A DNA stretch of 64,000 nt from Eledone cirrhosa (GCA_964016885.1 OZ024742.1:310558001-310622000), one strand, 5' to 3'; positions 1 through 14,857 are shown, counted from the stretch's first letter. The notes: generated by a model not told the origin, from the letters alone. A program made the numbers and translations.

Positions 1-104
1 CTTGCTTACCAGTATTGAAACACACCTAAAGGATGTTTTCGTCTTGGAACAGGCTCAGTTAATTGCAACTTTTCCTTCTCAACATATTTAAAATACATAC
101 ATAT

Positions 105-224
<120 letters not shown>

Positions 225-350
225 ATAATAATAAATTTGAAGACTAAAATCCAAAGAGGGCTCGATAAGGATAAATATATATCAAATATATAAGAACCGT
301 AGAGCAAATATTTATTAAAATAACAGATTAAACTTTAATCTGTTATTTTA

Positions 351-423
<73 letters not shown>

Positions 424-448
424 TATAATTATATATAGAGAGAGGTAT

Positions 449-484
<36 letters not shown>

Positions 485-649
485 GTGTGTGTGAGTGTGT
501 GTGCACGTTGCGATAATTATCGCAACATACACACACATAATCATTCTCTACAGAATTACAAAGACTCCCAAGCCACTCTTGTCTCCAGAAAGACCGTCGT
601 TATTTCGTTATAATTCTGTAAATAACGGCGCTATTGTTCACAAATTCAA

Positions 650-744
<95 letters not shown>

Positions 745-1295
745 AATGAATAATTACATCAATAACATTAAACTTCATTACACTCTATCACACTACACTA
801 CTACGCTAAGATTTAACGAAAATGCAAACAAATTTAAAACGCTTGCGTTTTGCAATCGCTTAAAGCTGTCATGCTTCCATATTCTATATTCCTTAAAACT
901 GTTGCAACAACAATAACGACGTCAGCAGCAACGACACAAACACCAACTACAACAGTATCCACATGAAAACACTATAACACCACCAATACAGAAGAAATCT
1001 ATGCAAAAAATATATGCTAATAACTTTAAACTATTTTCATATTATATTTTTTCCGATTCTATTGTTGAGGATAATGTTTCTTGTTTTGTTTAAATACATT
1101 TCGTTATTTCTCGCAGAACAGATGAACTTCACTTCAAAAGTCAACAGTTTATATTATTTGTTTTATTATTTATTATATAAAAGACAAGCGAAAACAAAAT
1201 GTCTTTGCGTGTATAAATATACGAGAATTTATTTTATGAAATGTCATCCAGTATGATATATAAACTCACGTAAGAACTCATGTACTCTAAAGCAC

Positions 1296-1326
<31 letters not shown>

Positions 1327-1894
1327 TACTCACATACAAACATATATATATATACATAGATAAATGCGTACATAAATGTGTGTGTGTGGATGTGTGTGTG
1401 TGTGTGTCTGTGTGTGTCTGTGTGTGAGTGAGTGCGTGTTTGTGTGTGTGTTAAACAAAGAAAATAATTATTTTCATTGTTCAATACATATATATATATA
1501 AATGACTCATAAGGTTCCATCGTGTAGAAGCTTCGATGCGATGGAACCTTAGGAGAGGAAAGACTACTACAAAATTTATAGCTCTCACCACCTCATCTCA
1601 TTTAAACCATCTCTTCATGGCTGCATTAACTTCTAGCAACGGTATTGCCTCCACCATGAACAGGTGAATACTAGTATTTATAATGCATTTTCTTTGGGTT
1701 TTTTCCTAACTTTATTATTACTAATCTGTGACGAACGTGTTCTTCTCCCCCTCCCAATAATTTCAAAGGTTTACATTTGATAACACGATATCTTACTTTC
1801 TTCTTCTTGCCTATTTTTCCTTCCTTCTTCCTTTTCATTTGTACCAGTCTTCCGAGACTTGCGTTATCCACAATAACTTTTCCCTGAGGTCACA

Positions 1895-2070
1895 TAAAAT
1901 TCTATGTGTGCAAGTTATAACTTAATTGCTATAAATTATTTTTTTGTCTTGTCTCTTACACCACGGACAGCGCTTTGGTTTGTGTCGGACGCTGCCACAA
2001 GTCTATCTCGGTGACTGAAAACCTTGGAATTTGTAATTTTATTTTCCAAAGAATTTTGCTAAGGTTTCCC
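1895..2070 (-). mobile_element. old L1/Tx1-like 3' (zinc-knuckle) remnant; related inverted copy at about 28560-28680
   Basis: Minus strand encodes degenerate CPWCKRQD. There is visible reverse-complement similarity to 28560-28680 (acacaaaccaaa..atttatagcaattaag). Confidence 0.4.
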
Positions 2071-2434
2071 CATCAAAAACATTTTTTTCGTATTGCCATG
2101 TTTTCAGTCGTTGTCTTTTCTTTGTTAATTTTCCTAAGTTTATATATATATATATATATATATATAGCGGCGATGAATTAGTTTAGCGAGGTTTTTTATA
2201 TGAAATCGTGTGTCGAAACAAATATTGTTATACTTGGGGAGGGTCATATTTGTGTAATATTGCCAGAATTAAAAACAGAACACACTCACTGTTTGGTTGG
2301 TTTTCGCTTCTCGCTGTCTTTTATATCTGCGATCTAACTTACTCGGTCCTCAATGTTGCCATTGACTGACCGACGGTCAAAAATAATACAGATACAATAT
2401 AGACACAAACACTTATATATAGTTTACATAATTT

Positions 2435-2474
2435 ACATAAATCTTTCGTTGCACATCTGCAACATCGTCAGTGG
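2435..2474 (-). ncRNA. hammerhead ribozyme-like motif in the PLE 3' pLTR
   Basis: Minus strand reads CTGACGA-T-GTTGCA-GATG-TGCAAC-GAAA-GATTTA. Stem II is a perfect 6 bp; stems I and III are weak. It is on the ORF strand, about 270 nt downstream of the ORF. Confidence 0.6.
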
Positions 2475-2745
2475 TGTTATATTTTTTTCCTCCTGTTGTG
2501 TTGTATGTCTACGCCATTTTTTGTTCAGTCTGTCTATATATTTATTTATTTATTTGCTTGTTTATTTATTTTATTTTGTCTTCTTTGCGCATGCGTTTGC
2601 GTGTGTGTATAGTGTTATGTTTGCTGTGTGACTAGTGTGTATAGTGTTGTGTCTGCTGGGTGACTAGTGTGTGTTTATGTGCTTGTTGTTATTGTGCTTG
2701 TGTATGTATTAATTTATCTTATTTTATTTTATTTTATTTACTTAT

Positions 2746-4920
2746 TTACACTTCTCTTAGGTCAGTGTTGTTTGTTTGGGTGTTGTTGTTGTTCCACTCA
2801 TTCTTTCTGTTTAGCTTTGGTCTTCTAATTTCTATTTCACTGGCCTCTCTGATTTGCCTATCTGCTGGGTCATTCCTATGTTTAGATATTATTCTAATTT
2901 CTATGTTGTCTATGTTACCGTCATGTTGTTGTCTAGCATGTTCGTATAGTACTGACCCGTTTTTTCGTCCTTTTAGTTCCCCTCAGTGTTGGTCTATCCT
3001 TTCACCTATGCTACGAGCTGTTTCACCTATGTATGTTGTTGTCATGTTTCTGCAAGTACCTTCTGTACATCTTATGCTATAGACTACGTTTCTAGTTTTA
3101 CAGTTTATCCGGGGGTTCACCTTACATATGATACATTTCCTATTGGTACAGTGGGTTTTCTTAAAAGGGTAGGTTTTGCTGATCAGGGATTTTATGGTGG
3201 TTCCTGGCTTTTCTACCACCTTTATTTTTAAGTGGGTCTTTCTCAGGGCCTTTCTACACTGGTTAGCTAATTTCCCTCCAGGGGTGGCGTCCGCAAACAT
3301 GACACTCTGATATCTCTGGTTGTCGTTCCATGATGTGGCCTTCCCTATCTTATGTCTAGCCCTATCTAAGCTATTCCATGATTTTCTCCTGTATAATGGG
3401 CAAATTCCTTTCATGTCCAGTTCTATGAGGGTCTTATACTTTTCCATGGCTCTTTCGTATACTCTGACTCTGTCTCTTTGGTTGTAGCCAGAGAACTGCA
3501 TGCGGTTGATGAAGTGTCGGATGTGTCTTTCCATTTCTGTTGGGTCGCACATGCTGGACACATTCTTCATCACCCGTACCAAATCTGCGATCAGAATATT
3601 AAACTTATCACTACTGGACATTGCTGAGTTTTTGAGTATCAGGTATTTGGAGGCCATGGGTTTAGCATAGTGTGAGTGGAGAATTTGGGCTCTCTCGTCT
3701 ATAGCGTTAATCCAGAGTTCTGTGTCTAATACAGGTAGTCTATTGTTAGGGTGTTTGGAAGGGAAGTCGATAGTTACAGTTATACTCTGGTGTATGGAAT
3801 TAGCTATCTGCTGGATGCTTTCCATCGTGCTACGTTCTAAATCAAATTTGTTAGTGCTCTCTAGTGGGGGTGTTCTTATAACTATATTGATATCGTCTAC
3901 ATAACGAGAGTACATGATGAGGTCTATGGAGCTTTCATTAAGGAGATCTTTAAGTCTCCTTTCCCACCATACCATGAAAAGGTTGGCAACATCACCAGCT
4001 ATGCTGACGCCGATGGCTGCTCCTTCATTTTGGGTGTAGATTTTCTCATTGAACTTAAATATGTGGCCCTTTAGGGTAGTTTTGATACTAGCCCCTATTG
4101 CATGTGCGACCATTTTTCTTACCTGATCATTGTTTTGGGGGGTCCGTATAGCTTTGGTCCACCCAATCCACCTTCCCATGGGAGTCTTTTTTGCCATTGA
4201 TGTTATGGTGGGGGGTCTACCTCTTATAGGTCTACTAGGGCAGAAGCATCTAAGGTCATGGCTGTCTAGGTAGTCAGTGTCATAGGTAAGTCTAAGTAGG
4301 AGGCCAACTTCGTCTGTGTCGACGTCGCAGAACTCCACCTCACTCTCAATGATCACCTCCACACATCTTTTCACAGCAAAATCAATGTTAATGGATGGGT
4401 ACAGTGACACCACATCCATGCTGCCTATTATGCAGTTGGATAGGCTCCTGTTTTTGTTGCACTCACTGATTTTGCTGAGGAGGTCCTCTGTACTTTCACA
4501 TACATCTGGGGACATCTTGATTATGGGGCGTATAACCATTGAGAGGAAGTAGGAGATCCTGTAGTTGCTAGCTATATTAGCTCCGCATACGGGTCTTGTT
4601 GGTGGTCCTGTTGTCGGGTCGTCGACTGTCTTGTGGTCTTTGCGGAGCCCATACAAGGGTGGTATGCCATTGTTAGACGCCTGGAAGTTGTTGGCAGTGC
4701 GTCTGCTTGGCTTTAGGATGTCAGTCCACATCATCATGTGAGCGTTGAGGATTTTTTCTCTCCCATCGTGTGTTTGTTGTGCAACTTCGTTCGTGTTGGT
4801 GATGTGGGGTTGCATAGCCTCGATGTAGTTCGGCATGCTATCTATTGACATCCTACCAGACTTATCTGTGGGTAGACACACTACCTCACCATCCCTTGTG
4901 CGCTGCTTGAGGCTAACCAA
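2746..4920 (-). pseudogene. PLE RT/GIY-YIG ORF with one premature TGA at 2983-2985
   Basis: The frame continues for 78 codons past the stop (GELKGRKNGSVLYEHARQQH...DRQIREASEIEIRRPKLNRKNEW...) to TAA at 2746-2748, completing the GIY-YIG domain. An upstream frameshifted part extends to about 5127. Confidence 0.88.
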
Positions 4921-5127
4921 GCCTTCTACAGGTTTTATCCCAAGTTGTTGGGCCTCTGGTCTGCTCTGTCTCTTAGTATACCTGTCTACTACTTGTCTTA
5001 TTTCTAGCTATGGTGAACAGTGCCTCTGTCTCGTCATCTATTTGCTGTGGTATGCAAACTCTTTTATTAAAGGGTAACCTCGTAGGATAGATATTACCCA
5101 TCTTATATGTTTTGTCAGCTGGGTTGA

Positions 5128-5167
<40 letters not shown>

Positions 5168-5339
5168 TCTGTGTTTCTGACAGGGCCTACTGGAAGGAGT
5201 GTTTGGGGATTCTGCCCCCACTATCCTCCCAGGAATTAGTAAGGAAAGAAGAAAAAGAAGAAGAAGAAGATGAAGATGAAGAAGGAGAGCCTGACAAATG
5301 AAGATTATTTGATGGTCATGAAGCCTTAATGGTGATATT

Positions 5340-5660
5340 AATGAAGCATGGACACTGATTGTGACATTAACAAACGGACTAAACGGATGTTACACTAGGA
5401 TGCTACGAATGGCCCTTAATGTGAAAAGGCAGCAATAAATAAATACATTATATGGAGACATGCAAAAAGATCAGGCAAAGACGGCTCCGCATATCTGTTC
5501 ATAGTGTGTGACACCCTGAACTGGAAGCACCCAAGTGAGTACTTTGGAACCCATTTCATAGAGTTATAAGGAGAGGAAAACGCTGATACCACTACATTGA
5601 CAACCTCGTCAAAGACACTGACTTTGTCACAGCGATCCAGGTTGAAACCCGCTACGAATA
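5340..5660 (+). mobile_element. RTE-type LINE RT C-terminal remnant
   Basis: Degenerate translation GCYTRMLRMALNV..LYGD..RRLRI..HPELEAP..YIDNL. Confidence 0.65.
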
Positions 5661-6684
5661 AGAAGACGAACCACCCCAGCCACTAATTGGGGAAGACAGA
5701 TATTTTCAAGCTGCAGCTGTCATATAACGTAGTTTCTGAATAGAAAATTATTATTATCTGCGGCGACTATAACCACATTACATAATAGGTCTGCTTACGT
5801 ATCAACCATAAAGTTCTCCAAACAAACCACACGACCAGCATTTGGCTTAACTAGAACGTAAACAAATCTAAACCAAATACACGCTATCCACAATTTCAAG
5901 CAAACAACTATCAGAATCCTACAATAAACCCTAACCAGAATTTAATGCTGTATATATTTGAGAATGAGTATCTGTATATCTTTATGTGTGTAATTGTGAG
6001 TGCCTTTCTGTGTTTCAGGGAATTGCAATGTCTTGCTTTATAATTGAAGGAAATTCCGATATTATTCGCTGCCACATTATTGTATGTTTATCTTATAAAG
6101 TACACGTTGCCTGCCATGTATTTAATTTGTGAATATATGTTTTGAATATGATTTTAGTTTCGTATATTTTGTTGTGCTTGTTTTGTAGAGATTCTCAGCC
6201 ACCTGCGTGGAAAGGAAGGAAGAAACCATAATTCATGTGTTGTTGTTAAGCCCTAAATCAACAAATGATCGAGCAGACCTATGATAAAAGACGTTTTGAT
6301 CTTAGCCACTATGACTTTTCCTTGTATGTCGGAACCCCAAGACCAACATGACCTTTTGTAGAAGGAATTCGGTTGCTACTTCTAGCAGTGTGAGTTATTG
6401 GTGTAGTAGGAAGCAGTTCATGAAGATATGTTAATCTCAGACAATGTATATATATATATATATATACATGTGTCTGTGCGTGTGTAAAGATAATGAGAGA
6501 AACTGAGAAAGTGAGATGTATATTTTGAGCGTAATATATAGGGTATATGAAATATATATGTATATGAAATATATATACTTATTTTAATAACTCACAATTT
6601 CAATTTGCGAATATACCCTGTTTTGTATAAAGCATTCTAAAGACACATAAACATACACATACATCCTTATGTGTGGGTATTTTT

Positions 6685-6793
<109 letters not shown>

Positions 6794-8548
6794 GTGTGTG
6801 TGTGTGTGCGTGTGTGTGTGTGTGTGTGTTTATTCTCTGAAACTGGATTTAATTTTAGAACGTAAACAAATAATCGAATCAAGCCACCAATTGAACAAGT
6901 CGCTCTTTTCTCAATCTGCAAGGAAAAACAGGCAAGTCTCTTTAGTACCACACTCTACAATCTTAATAATAGGAACGACACATTAGACTTAAGTGTCTTA
7001 AATCGTCATTGCTACAACGCTTTTGAACAGCAGTCTACATTATCATGACTGACGTTGATCTGTAAAAGAAAAATAACAACCGAACGTAGCAATTAATCGG
7101 TTTTGTTTTTATCATTTCTATGTAGAATTACAGTGACGTGGATTGGAGAGGCGTATACATTTGAGTTCATCTGTGACGTCAATGGTGCCAAGTCCCTTGG
7201 GTGATATCGGTGGTTTGAAGAGGGCAGACTTTTATGCATGAACAACTGCTGGTCTTCCGCAAAAAATAAATTACTCAAGAGTATGCTTTGAGAAGCCTAC
7301 CAGTTGTAGATGTAAGCTCTCACGAGAAATGTGGAGGTATTTCTTGATTACTCCTGTTTCCATGACGCAAACCTATGAACTCTCCCCGTCCGACGGGGGG
7401 AGATCTCCCACCCACCATTGATCTGACAGATGTCTTCTCTTGTGTAAATGGGTATAGCTTTCATTATATAAAATCTCCTCATTTCTCCCTGTTTTGGGGG
7501 CACTTCTTTTCATGGTACTCCCTGTTTGGGATTTTAGAGGTTGGCAAGTCTGCATACTATTTTCAATTGAAGCTTCTTTCAATATATTGATATTTCTTTT
7601 TATTATATTTCTATTTCACATTTAATTGTATGCTTAAGCTGTAGAATTACGTTTAACATATCTCAGAAATGAAGTAATTTACTTCTTTTTTTCATGGTAC
7701 TCCCTTTGGGTTTTTAGAGGTTGGCAGGTCTGATGAAGTGAAATTTAGTGTTTCAACGTTTTATGTAGTAAATAGATGACAGTACAATATTGGTGTATAA
7801 AATTATTGATTTCAAAATGACTCAGCGGCAAATTTATATACAATAGCATTGAGGGATAAAATGAAATACTACAAATTATTTTGTCCGTAACACTAATTGT
7901 TCTGCTATTGTACTGATACATGTCTGCAGGGCTTTGAGGTAACAACGTCAATAACCCACTCGTGGCGTATCACAGAATAGAAACTGCATAAGTAATTTTT
8001 ATTCATTTTATTTTTATTCATGTAACTTTTATTCATATAATTTACTGCCACTCTGATACTTGCCTGATGAGGTCGTAACTGTTGCATAATAGTTATCATC
8101 GCTGAGGTCAACTTTAACTTTCGTATTTTTTATATCGAAACGAAAGTATCAGTCCAATATTGACTGGATTCTTCCTCTATATCACTTTCTCACTTCCATT
8201 TTCTTACTATCTCTCTCTCTTAATTTTTTTTTTTTAAACCACATGTGCTTTTCGTCATTTCCAGATTTGCTTTTAGTGTGTAATCACAGACAGTTAAATC
8301 TCCTCTTTTGCCGATGATCCGGATTCAGCATCTGTGATTTGGCGATTAATGGTGAAATATATTTCTTTAATGAAATGCATAAAAAGGAGATTAATCGTTA
8401 TTGCAAGGTATCTATATTCGAGGTTCTCGTTAATTTTTAATATGTTACCTACGTAACTATGCGTGTTTACTCTTTACAAATTATCCCCTGTAATTGTTTG
8501 ATGTGTTTATTTCATATATATATATATCAATCGATTTTTAATTTAATG

Positions 8549-8628
<80 letters not shown>

Positions 8629-8639
8629 GTGTGTGTGTA

Positions 8640-8830
8640 AAAGGTAAACAGAGGTAACAACACAATCGGTAAAGTATATGGAAGAAATATATAAGGTTAA
8701 CGCTTGAAATAGCAGGAAGAGGGTCTTCATGTTTCGGACGCTAGTCCTTCATCAGAAGAAGAAAGAATGAGAAATAAGATAGATTGAAGGGACGGGCGGC
8801 CTGGAATTGGAAAATATGTCTTTAGAAAGA
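8640..8830 (-). mobile_element. PLE pLTR-like remnant with hammerhead-like core
   Basis: Minus strand reads CTGATGA-A-GGAC-TAGC-GTCC-GAAAC. The sequence is similar to 55655-55740, which lies downstream of a GIY-YIG remnant. Confidence 0.55.
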
Positions 8831-8853
8831 AATAGCAAGTCCATTCATGTTGA

Positions 8854-8948
8854 CAGTATCCCCCCCCCCAAAAAAAAAAGAATATATATATACACACTTC
8901 AACAGCATTCTAATAAAAGTATGTATACATTTTGGGAGGACACACTGT
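8854..8948. mobile_element. small Tc1/mariner-like MITE remnant
   Basis: Imperfect inverted ends CAGTATCC..CAAAA / TTTTGGGAGGACACACTG, followed by TA. Confidence 0.3.
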
Positions 8949-9493
8949 ATATATGTCAAGGTCTATATATGACTTTATGTCAAGAAATATGTATGTCTAT
9001 ATGTCAAGAAATATATAGAAATATATATGCTCACAAAGGTAAGTATGTACTGCGTACGTAATTGAAATCTGGGACAGTGAGAGCAACCACCCTTCACTTA
9101 CGTGTGGATATTGTTTAGTAAACATCTTTCAATGCTGTGCAACATCAACATTCTATATTGCACATCGCCCATTTCACTATCATTTTAGTGTTATTCTATA
9201 TAGTTTTATTTTTATTTCCTATTTTCACTCTCTTGTTTCTTATCTTTTCTTATCTTCATTTCTCCTTTCTTCGTTCTCTATTTATATGTTTATTTATTTA
9301 TTTTATTCTATCTGTCATAATGTTTATGCTTCTTTGGGGCATTAATTTTCTACGTGTTATATTATTTTCTTCTTTAAATTTCAATACCACAATATTACTT
9401 ATTATATTATTCTCTTGTGTTATGTATGTATCTATCTATCTATCTATCTATTATCTATCTATGCATGAATGTATGCATGTAAGTATTTATGTA

Positions 9494-9840
9494 TTTTTCT
9501 TAATTTCGAGTACATTTTTGACCGGCCACCTTCCTAGTAGCAAGGTTGTAAAAGAAAAGAAATTGTCATCCCTTGAATCGCAAGAATGTTTTGCAAATTT
9601 TGAAGGTGCCAGCTATCGCAGCCATTTATAGTCTATGAATTAGGGAGCTGTGCTCTTTGTCTCCAAATCCAAGTTCAGTCATAAATTGGTCCAAGCGGGT
9701 TGGTATATAACCTGTAGATCCAATAAGGATGGGTATGAAGCTGAAGGTGTATCTTGGAAACTGGATCTGCAAACTCCTCATCAATAGTCTGTAGATGTTC
9801 TCCTTCTCCTGTATTTTTTGATAAGTTTTGCCTGTTCAAT
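9494..9840 (-). mobile_element. 3' fragment of the R4/Dong-like element
   Basis: Reverse-complement similarity to 34850-35175; flanked by degenerate (TATG)n. Confidence 0.9.
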
Positions 9841-10012
9841 GTATATATGTATGTATGTATGTATGCATAAATGTATGTATGTGCACATAATTGCGTCTAA
9901 AGATACACACACATATATATGAATATATATGTATGTATGTGTGAGTGTGTATTTGTGAGCGTGTATGTATATATATATAGACGTATCTAAATGCATGCAA
10001 ACTTAATACACA

Positions 10013-10198
10013 TAATTGTTTCTACGTTAGGCACAAGGCCAACAATTACCCAGTGCATTACTTGTACTTTATTTTATCGACCCCGTAAGGATGAAAGGCA
10101 AAGTCAACCTCGGCGGGATTTGAACTAAGATCGTAAAGGGACGTAACTATGCTGGAAAGCATGGCGTCCGACCCTCTACCGATACTGCCAATCCACCA
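10013..10198 (-). mobile_element. tRNA-derived SINE
   Basis: Box B-like GTTCAAATCC, core GCCTTTCATCCTTACGGGGTCGATAAAATAAA, and tail TAGAAACAATTA. Many copies occur in the window. Confidence 0.85.
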
Positions 10199-10948
10199 TA
10201 TTAATAATTGTTTCTACTTTTGGCACAAGGCCAGCAATTTAATACACATAAAACTTAATACACATAATTCAGGCAAACATTACGCGCAGTTATCCTACAA
10301 ATGTTTGTTGAGTCGATTATAAAAAATTGATTATATAACTCATTTGTTTGCACATGCATCCATATATTCATAGATGCATGCATATACACAAACACACACA
10401 CGCATACGCGCACAAACACACACATACACATGCACACACACACACATATATATATATATATAAAAAACATGAGAAGAAAGAAGAATACTGCGTGGTTGCA
10501 CATGGGTTACAATATGATAAAATTAGTCCGTCGTCAGTGATTTGCCAACCATCATTGATATTTCATCGCATTAAAAATCATATACCTCAGGTTGGTGCGA
10601 GCAATAACTAAAAAAAGCTATTGGGACAAGTAAATCGCGTAAAGCGAGTGAGACAAGTAAACAACATAGAAGGATAAAAGCAAACCGAAGATAGGAAAAT
10701 AAACAAGCAACATGGTTATCCGGTCAGCACAATCTGGGTGGATTTCATGAGCGATCAAGATACAGACCGTCCGACGTGAGTGAGATGTGAGCAAGAAAAG
10801 ACTCCACTACTAGCCAAACGGGAGGAAGTGAGAAGGGGAGAAACAGAGAGTGAGTGAGTGGAAGTGCGAGGAAGAGGTCAGTCGAGAGAAAGTGTAACTG
10901 ACAGAGGGGGCGAAAGTAGGTGAGAAAAACAGATATATATATATATAT

Positions 10949-11025
<77 letters not shown>

Positions 11026-11171
11026 TATATATATAAGCAAAAGGGATATTTAATTTGTTGGTAATTCGACAAATATATATGTTTATAACTGATTCGAAGC
11101 ACTCGACCGGTTTTCTGGAGTATAATATCAATGATATTAATAAATGGAAACTATATTTATAAAGCCATATT

Positions 11172-11218
11172 TATTCTATTATATATATTTCAAGGGTACG
11201 CTCTCATCAGATAAAATA
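11172..11218 (-). ncRNA. minimal type I hammerhead ribozyme motif (family A element, about 11085-11245)
   Basis: TATTTTAT-CTGATGA-GAGCGTACCCTT-GAAA-TATATA-TA-ATAGAATA. Stem I is 8 bp and stem III is palindromic. Confidence 0.8.
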
Positions 11219-11275
11219 CAAAGTTTGTTTTATAAATATTGACATATCCAGGAAGGAGAATTTAACGGTTCAAGT

Positions 11276-12031
11276 TTATCCTGGAAAAAATTGAACACAT
11301 TGATTCCTTTCGATGACTTTCAATTTGGCCAGGAATATGTTCACAGCATTCCTTGCTTTAAGCAAGGTGATCTTCTCCTCCTGCAAAGCCATAATTAGGC
11401 TATTGCATTTGTCGAGGATGTCGGCGGGGTAGGCGCAGTCTTGCCTCACATCGAGGTTTTTTTTAATACAGTTCTGTGTTGCTTCCTTGAAGAAACTCAA
11501 TGATAGAGTCGAACAGTTCAAAGAAGCAACATGCTACCTAGATGACCCTTACGTGGTCATGAAAACCCTCTTGCGTGGTCTCTAAGCTCACAAAGCGGAG
11601 GGGACATCAAGTTAGATATCAACATTTATTCTGTCCGTTTCATTAAAGGGAAAATTGGAAAGCTTTGAAATAATACAATTGCCACTTTCTTCCAGATAAG
11701 AGCACTCTATGGATAGACAGAGTTGCTCTTGTATAAAATGTTCAAAATAGCTGGTATCGTCTGGTGGGAATATAACAAATTCAACTGGTTCTTATTCATA
11801 AAAAAGAACATTTATGTTCCTTTTTTTGAAATTTATATACTTCCTTTCAAGTATTTATACTCTCAGCTGCCTGCAATGGCATCTTTGGAATATCGTTAAT
11901 CAATTTTTTAGTAATCTACTGATATCAAAATCTGTAGTATATTGAAAAATGGAAAAATAGGGTAGGTGGGCATTTCGTGATTTTGAGGGGCAAAAGGGGG
12001 CGTTTGGCCGAAATGGGTTGAGAACCTTTGG
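11276..12031 (-). mobile_element. hAT (Charlie-like) transposon remnant
   Basis: ORF 11276..11521 contains AYPADILDKCNSLIMALQ..IFLAKL, resembling the Charlie-type AYLADIF..LN.LN..LQ block. A TIR-like GTTGAGAACC occurs at about 12020. Confidence 0.65.
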
Positions 12032-12208
12032 TCTAAATGGTGTATGTTTTGGTATATACACGACCATGTGTAGAGCAAGTAGTCAGCTCGTATCGAACTC
12101 TGTATGTGCCGTTGTCCCGTTGAGAATCTGAGTCCCCGAGTCTGTGCGCGCAAGCACCCGCCGTGTAGACCACAAAGGGGCTCCATGTAGGGTTGGGTAT
12201 TTGGTATT

Positions 12209-12259
<51 letters not shown>

Positions 12260-12260
<1 letters not shown>

Positions 12261-13241
12261 GAAGCCAGGCAGCTGCAGCCAATGGGGCCCTCTCAAATGA
12301 AACATCAATAACAAGTGGGGTGCCCCATGGCACAGTCTTGGATGCTGTCCTTTTACAAGATCTGGATGCCGTACCCAAAAGGGCTGATGACAACAACATG
12401 CAGTTTACTGCTGGAAAATTTGAAGCCCTACAATACCAACCTGCAAACACAAAGACAATACAACACAGCTACACCGGACCAGGAGGGATCGAAATCCCCG
12501 TGTCGAATTCTATACGAGACCTGGGGATAGATATGAGCGATGATGCATCTTATTCTTCACACATCATGAGAGTTGCGACAATGTGGAGACGACTCACTGG
12601 CTGGATCTTGAGGACTTTCTGGACAAGAGACCGAGAGACCATGTTGAAACTATGGAGGACATTTTTCCTAAGTCGCCTGGACTTTTGCTCCCAGCTGTGT
12701 CACCCCATAGTATCAAACTAACAACGGAGCTTGAGACAATCCAATGAAACTACACCAAGAGGATTGCGACGATGAAGGAGATGAGCTACTGGAAGAGGCT
12801 AAAAGAACTGAAAATCTACTCTTTCGAACGAGGACGGGCGAGATACGCAGTGATATACTTATGGAAAGTACTGGAGGCACTAGCACCAAACTTTGGCATT
12901 GAGAGCTCGACCAACCCCGAACAGGACGTAACTGTGCAGTGCCAAAGATCCCGTCTTTCACATCTAGAATAAGGAGCAGACTCTTCAACAACCGCCAAAA
13001 AATTTGAGAGATCTGCATGGTGTGGACGTGGATGCTTTCAAGAAACATCTTGACACCCTCCTATCTAGGATCCCGGGTGAGCCCACAGCACGGTACGAAG
13101 GTAACATAAGGGGAGCAGCAACGAACTCTCTCCTACACCAAGAGCCAGCCAACTCAGGCTGGAGATAGAATGTGTAGCAACAAGGGCGGTACCACAGCAT
13201 AGCCTCAGCCGGATGGCTGGAACAGGTAAAAGAGTAAAAGA
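12260..13241 (+). mobile_element. CR1-like LINE 3' remnant
   Basis: SGVPHGTVL, IRDLGI, GWILRTF, SRLDFCSQL, SYWKRLKELKIYSFE motifs. The 3' tail is GTAAAAGAGTAAAAGA, and the same tail occurs at 46620-46680 (-). Confidence 0.85.
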
Positions 13242-13295
13242 ATATATATATATATATATATATATACGCATACATATAAATATATAAATATGTAT

Positions 13296-13378
<83 letters not shown>

Positions 13379-13827
13379 TTTATCCCGGGTTAGTCTCGTA
13401 GAAGCCTTTTCTATATATAAATATATATATATTAATTTATATGTATATGTATACACACGCTCGCAGACGCATACACAATTTGTACTTCGTTGTCGTAAAG
13501 GGTGGTCTATAAATGACATATATTGTGCACAAGCATCAAAATTTGAAATATCGCGTGTACCCCATACGTAGACAGTGATATGGCATTGACCAAGATGTAT
13601 GAGGGTGCTTACGTATACGGCGGCTACACATTCTCTCTTTTTTGTACGTTCTATGCACGTGTGTGTGTGTATGTGTGTGTGTGTGTGTGTGTGCGTGTCT
13701 CTGGGTATATGTATGAGTGTGCACACCCAGATGTTTGTGTGTGTGTATATATATATATATATTTATGAAAAAAAATATATATATACATATATATATATTT
13801 TTTTTCATATATATATATTTACATATA

Positions 13828-13872
<45 letters not shown>

Positions 13873-13905
13873 TAAAATAAATATTTATATATATATATAT
13901 ATATA

Positions 13906-13991
<86 letters not shown>

Positions 13992-13993
13992 AA

Positions 13994-14107
<114 letters not shown>

Positions 14108-14325
14108 CAAATCAAAGATAAATACATGTATGTATGTACGTGTTTGTGAGTTTGTGAGTGTGTGCGTGTGTATTCGTGCTTTTATGTGTTTAAATATGCT
14201 TGAACATGGACCAATTGAAATATACATAAATGCAAATATATATATTTAGACACACACAAACACACACATATATATATAAATTTCACACACACACATACAT
14301 ACATACATACATTATATATATATAT

Positions 14326-14442
<117 letters not shown>

Positions 14443-14857
14443 TATTTGCGTGAATTTTAAACGAGAACAGGATTAAAAAACACTATAAATCTATTGCGCA
14501 GTTTAGTGGCTGGCTCTGTAATGGAATGGGTGTGTGAGAGAAATAGAAAAGGAGCATGTAATGTTTTACATTTGTATAAAACCTTTTAAGAATATTTGTC
14601 ACAAAACTCACTGTTTTTTTCCTCCATCTGCCGAATATTGGACCGTTATCATGACAATAACGTATACATTTAATTATTTTTTATCACCATCGAGATCTAC
14701 AGACGGGAACTTTTCGGCATAAATTATACCATCGGCTTGTCTGACGACCGCAGGTGAAAGTCTACAATAACAATGCTCCCGATTTAGCTATAATAAAGGA
14801 ATTCTTTAAACCTCGGTATTGAATACTTTTCCCAACGTCGGTATATATGTATATGTA

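Larger units (their letters stand above)
2167..5127 (-). mobile_element. 5'-truncated Penelope-like retroelement (Naiad-like RT + C-terminal GIY-YIG endonuclease) with 3' pseudo-LTR region
   Basis: ORF 2983..4920 has PLE RT motifs (LYGLRKDHK, RPVCG, GSMDVVSLYPSI, QNEGAAIG, YVDD, LPVLD, YAKP, SGY) and the start of a GIY-YIG domain (CIIC..C..NVVY..C....C..YIGETAR). The element is bounded by (TA)n at both ends. Confidence 0.92.

Noticed and set aside
1-90. Possible minus-strand exon ending at CTG|GTAAG
   Set aside because: It is at the window edge, with no convincing acceptor and no recognisable peptide.
2983-2985. In-frame TGA as selenocysteine, as reported for some Naiad PLEs
   Set aside because: The position is not a Cys site and the second copy has TGG, so a simple nonsense mutation is more likely.
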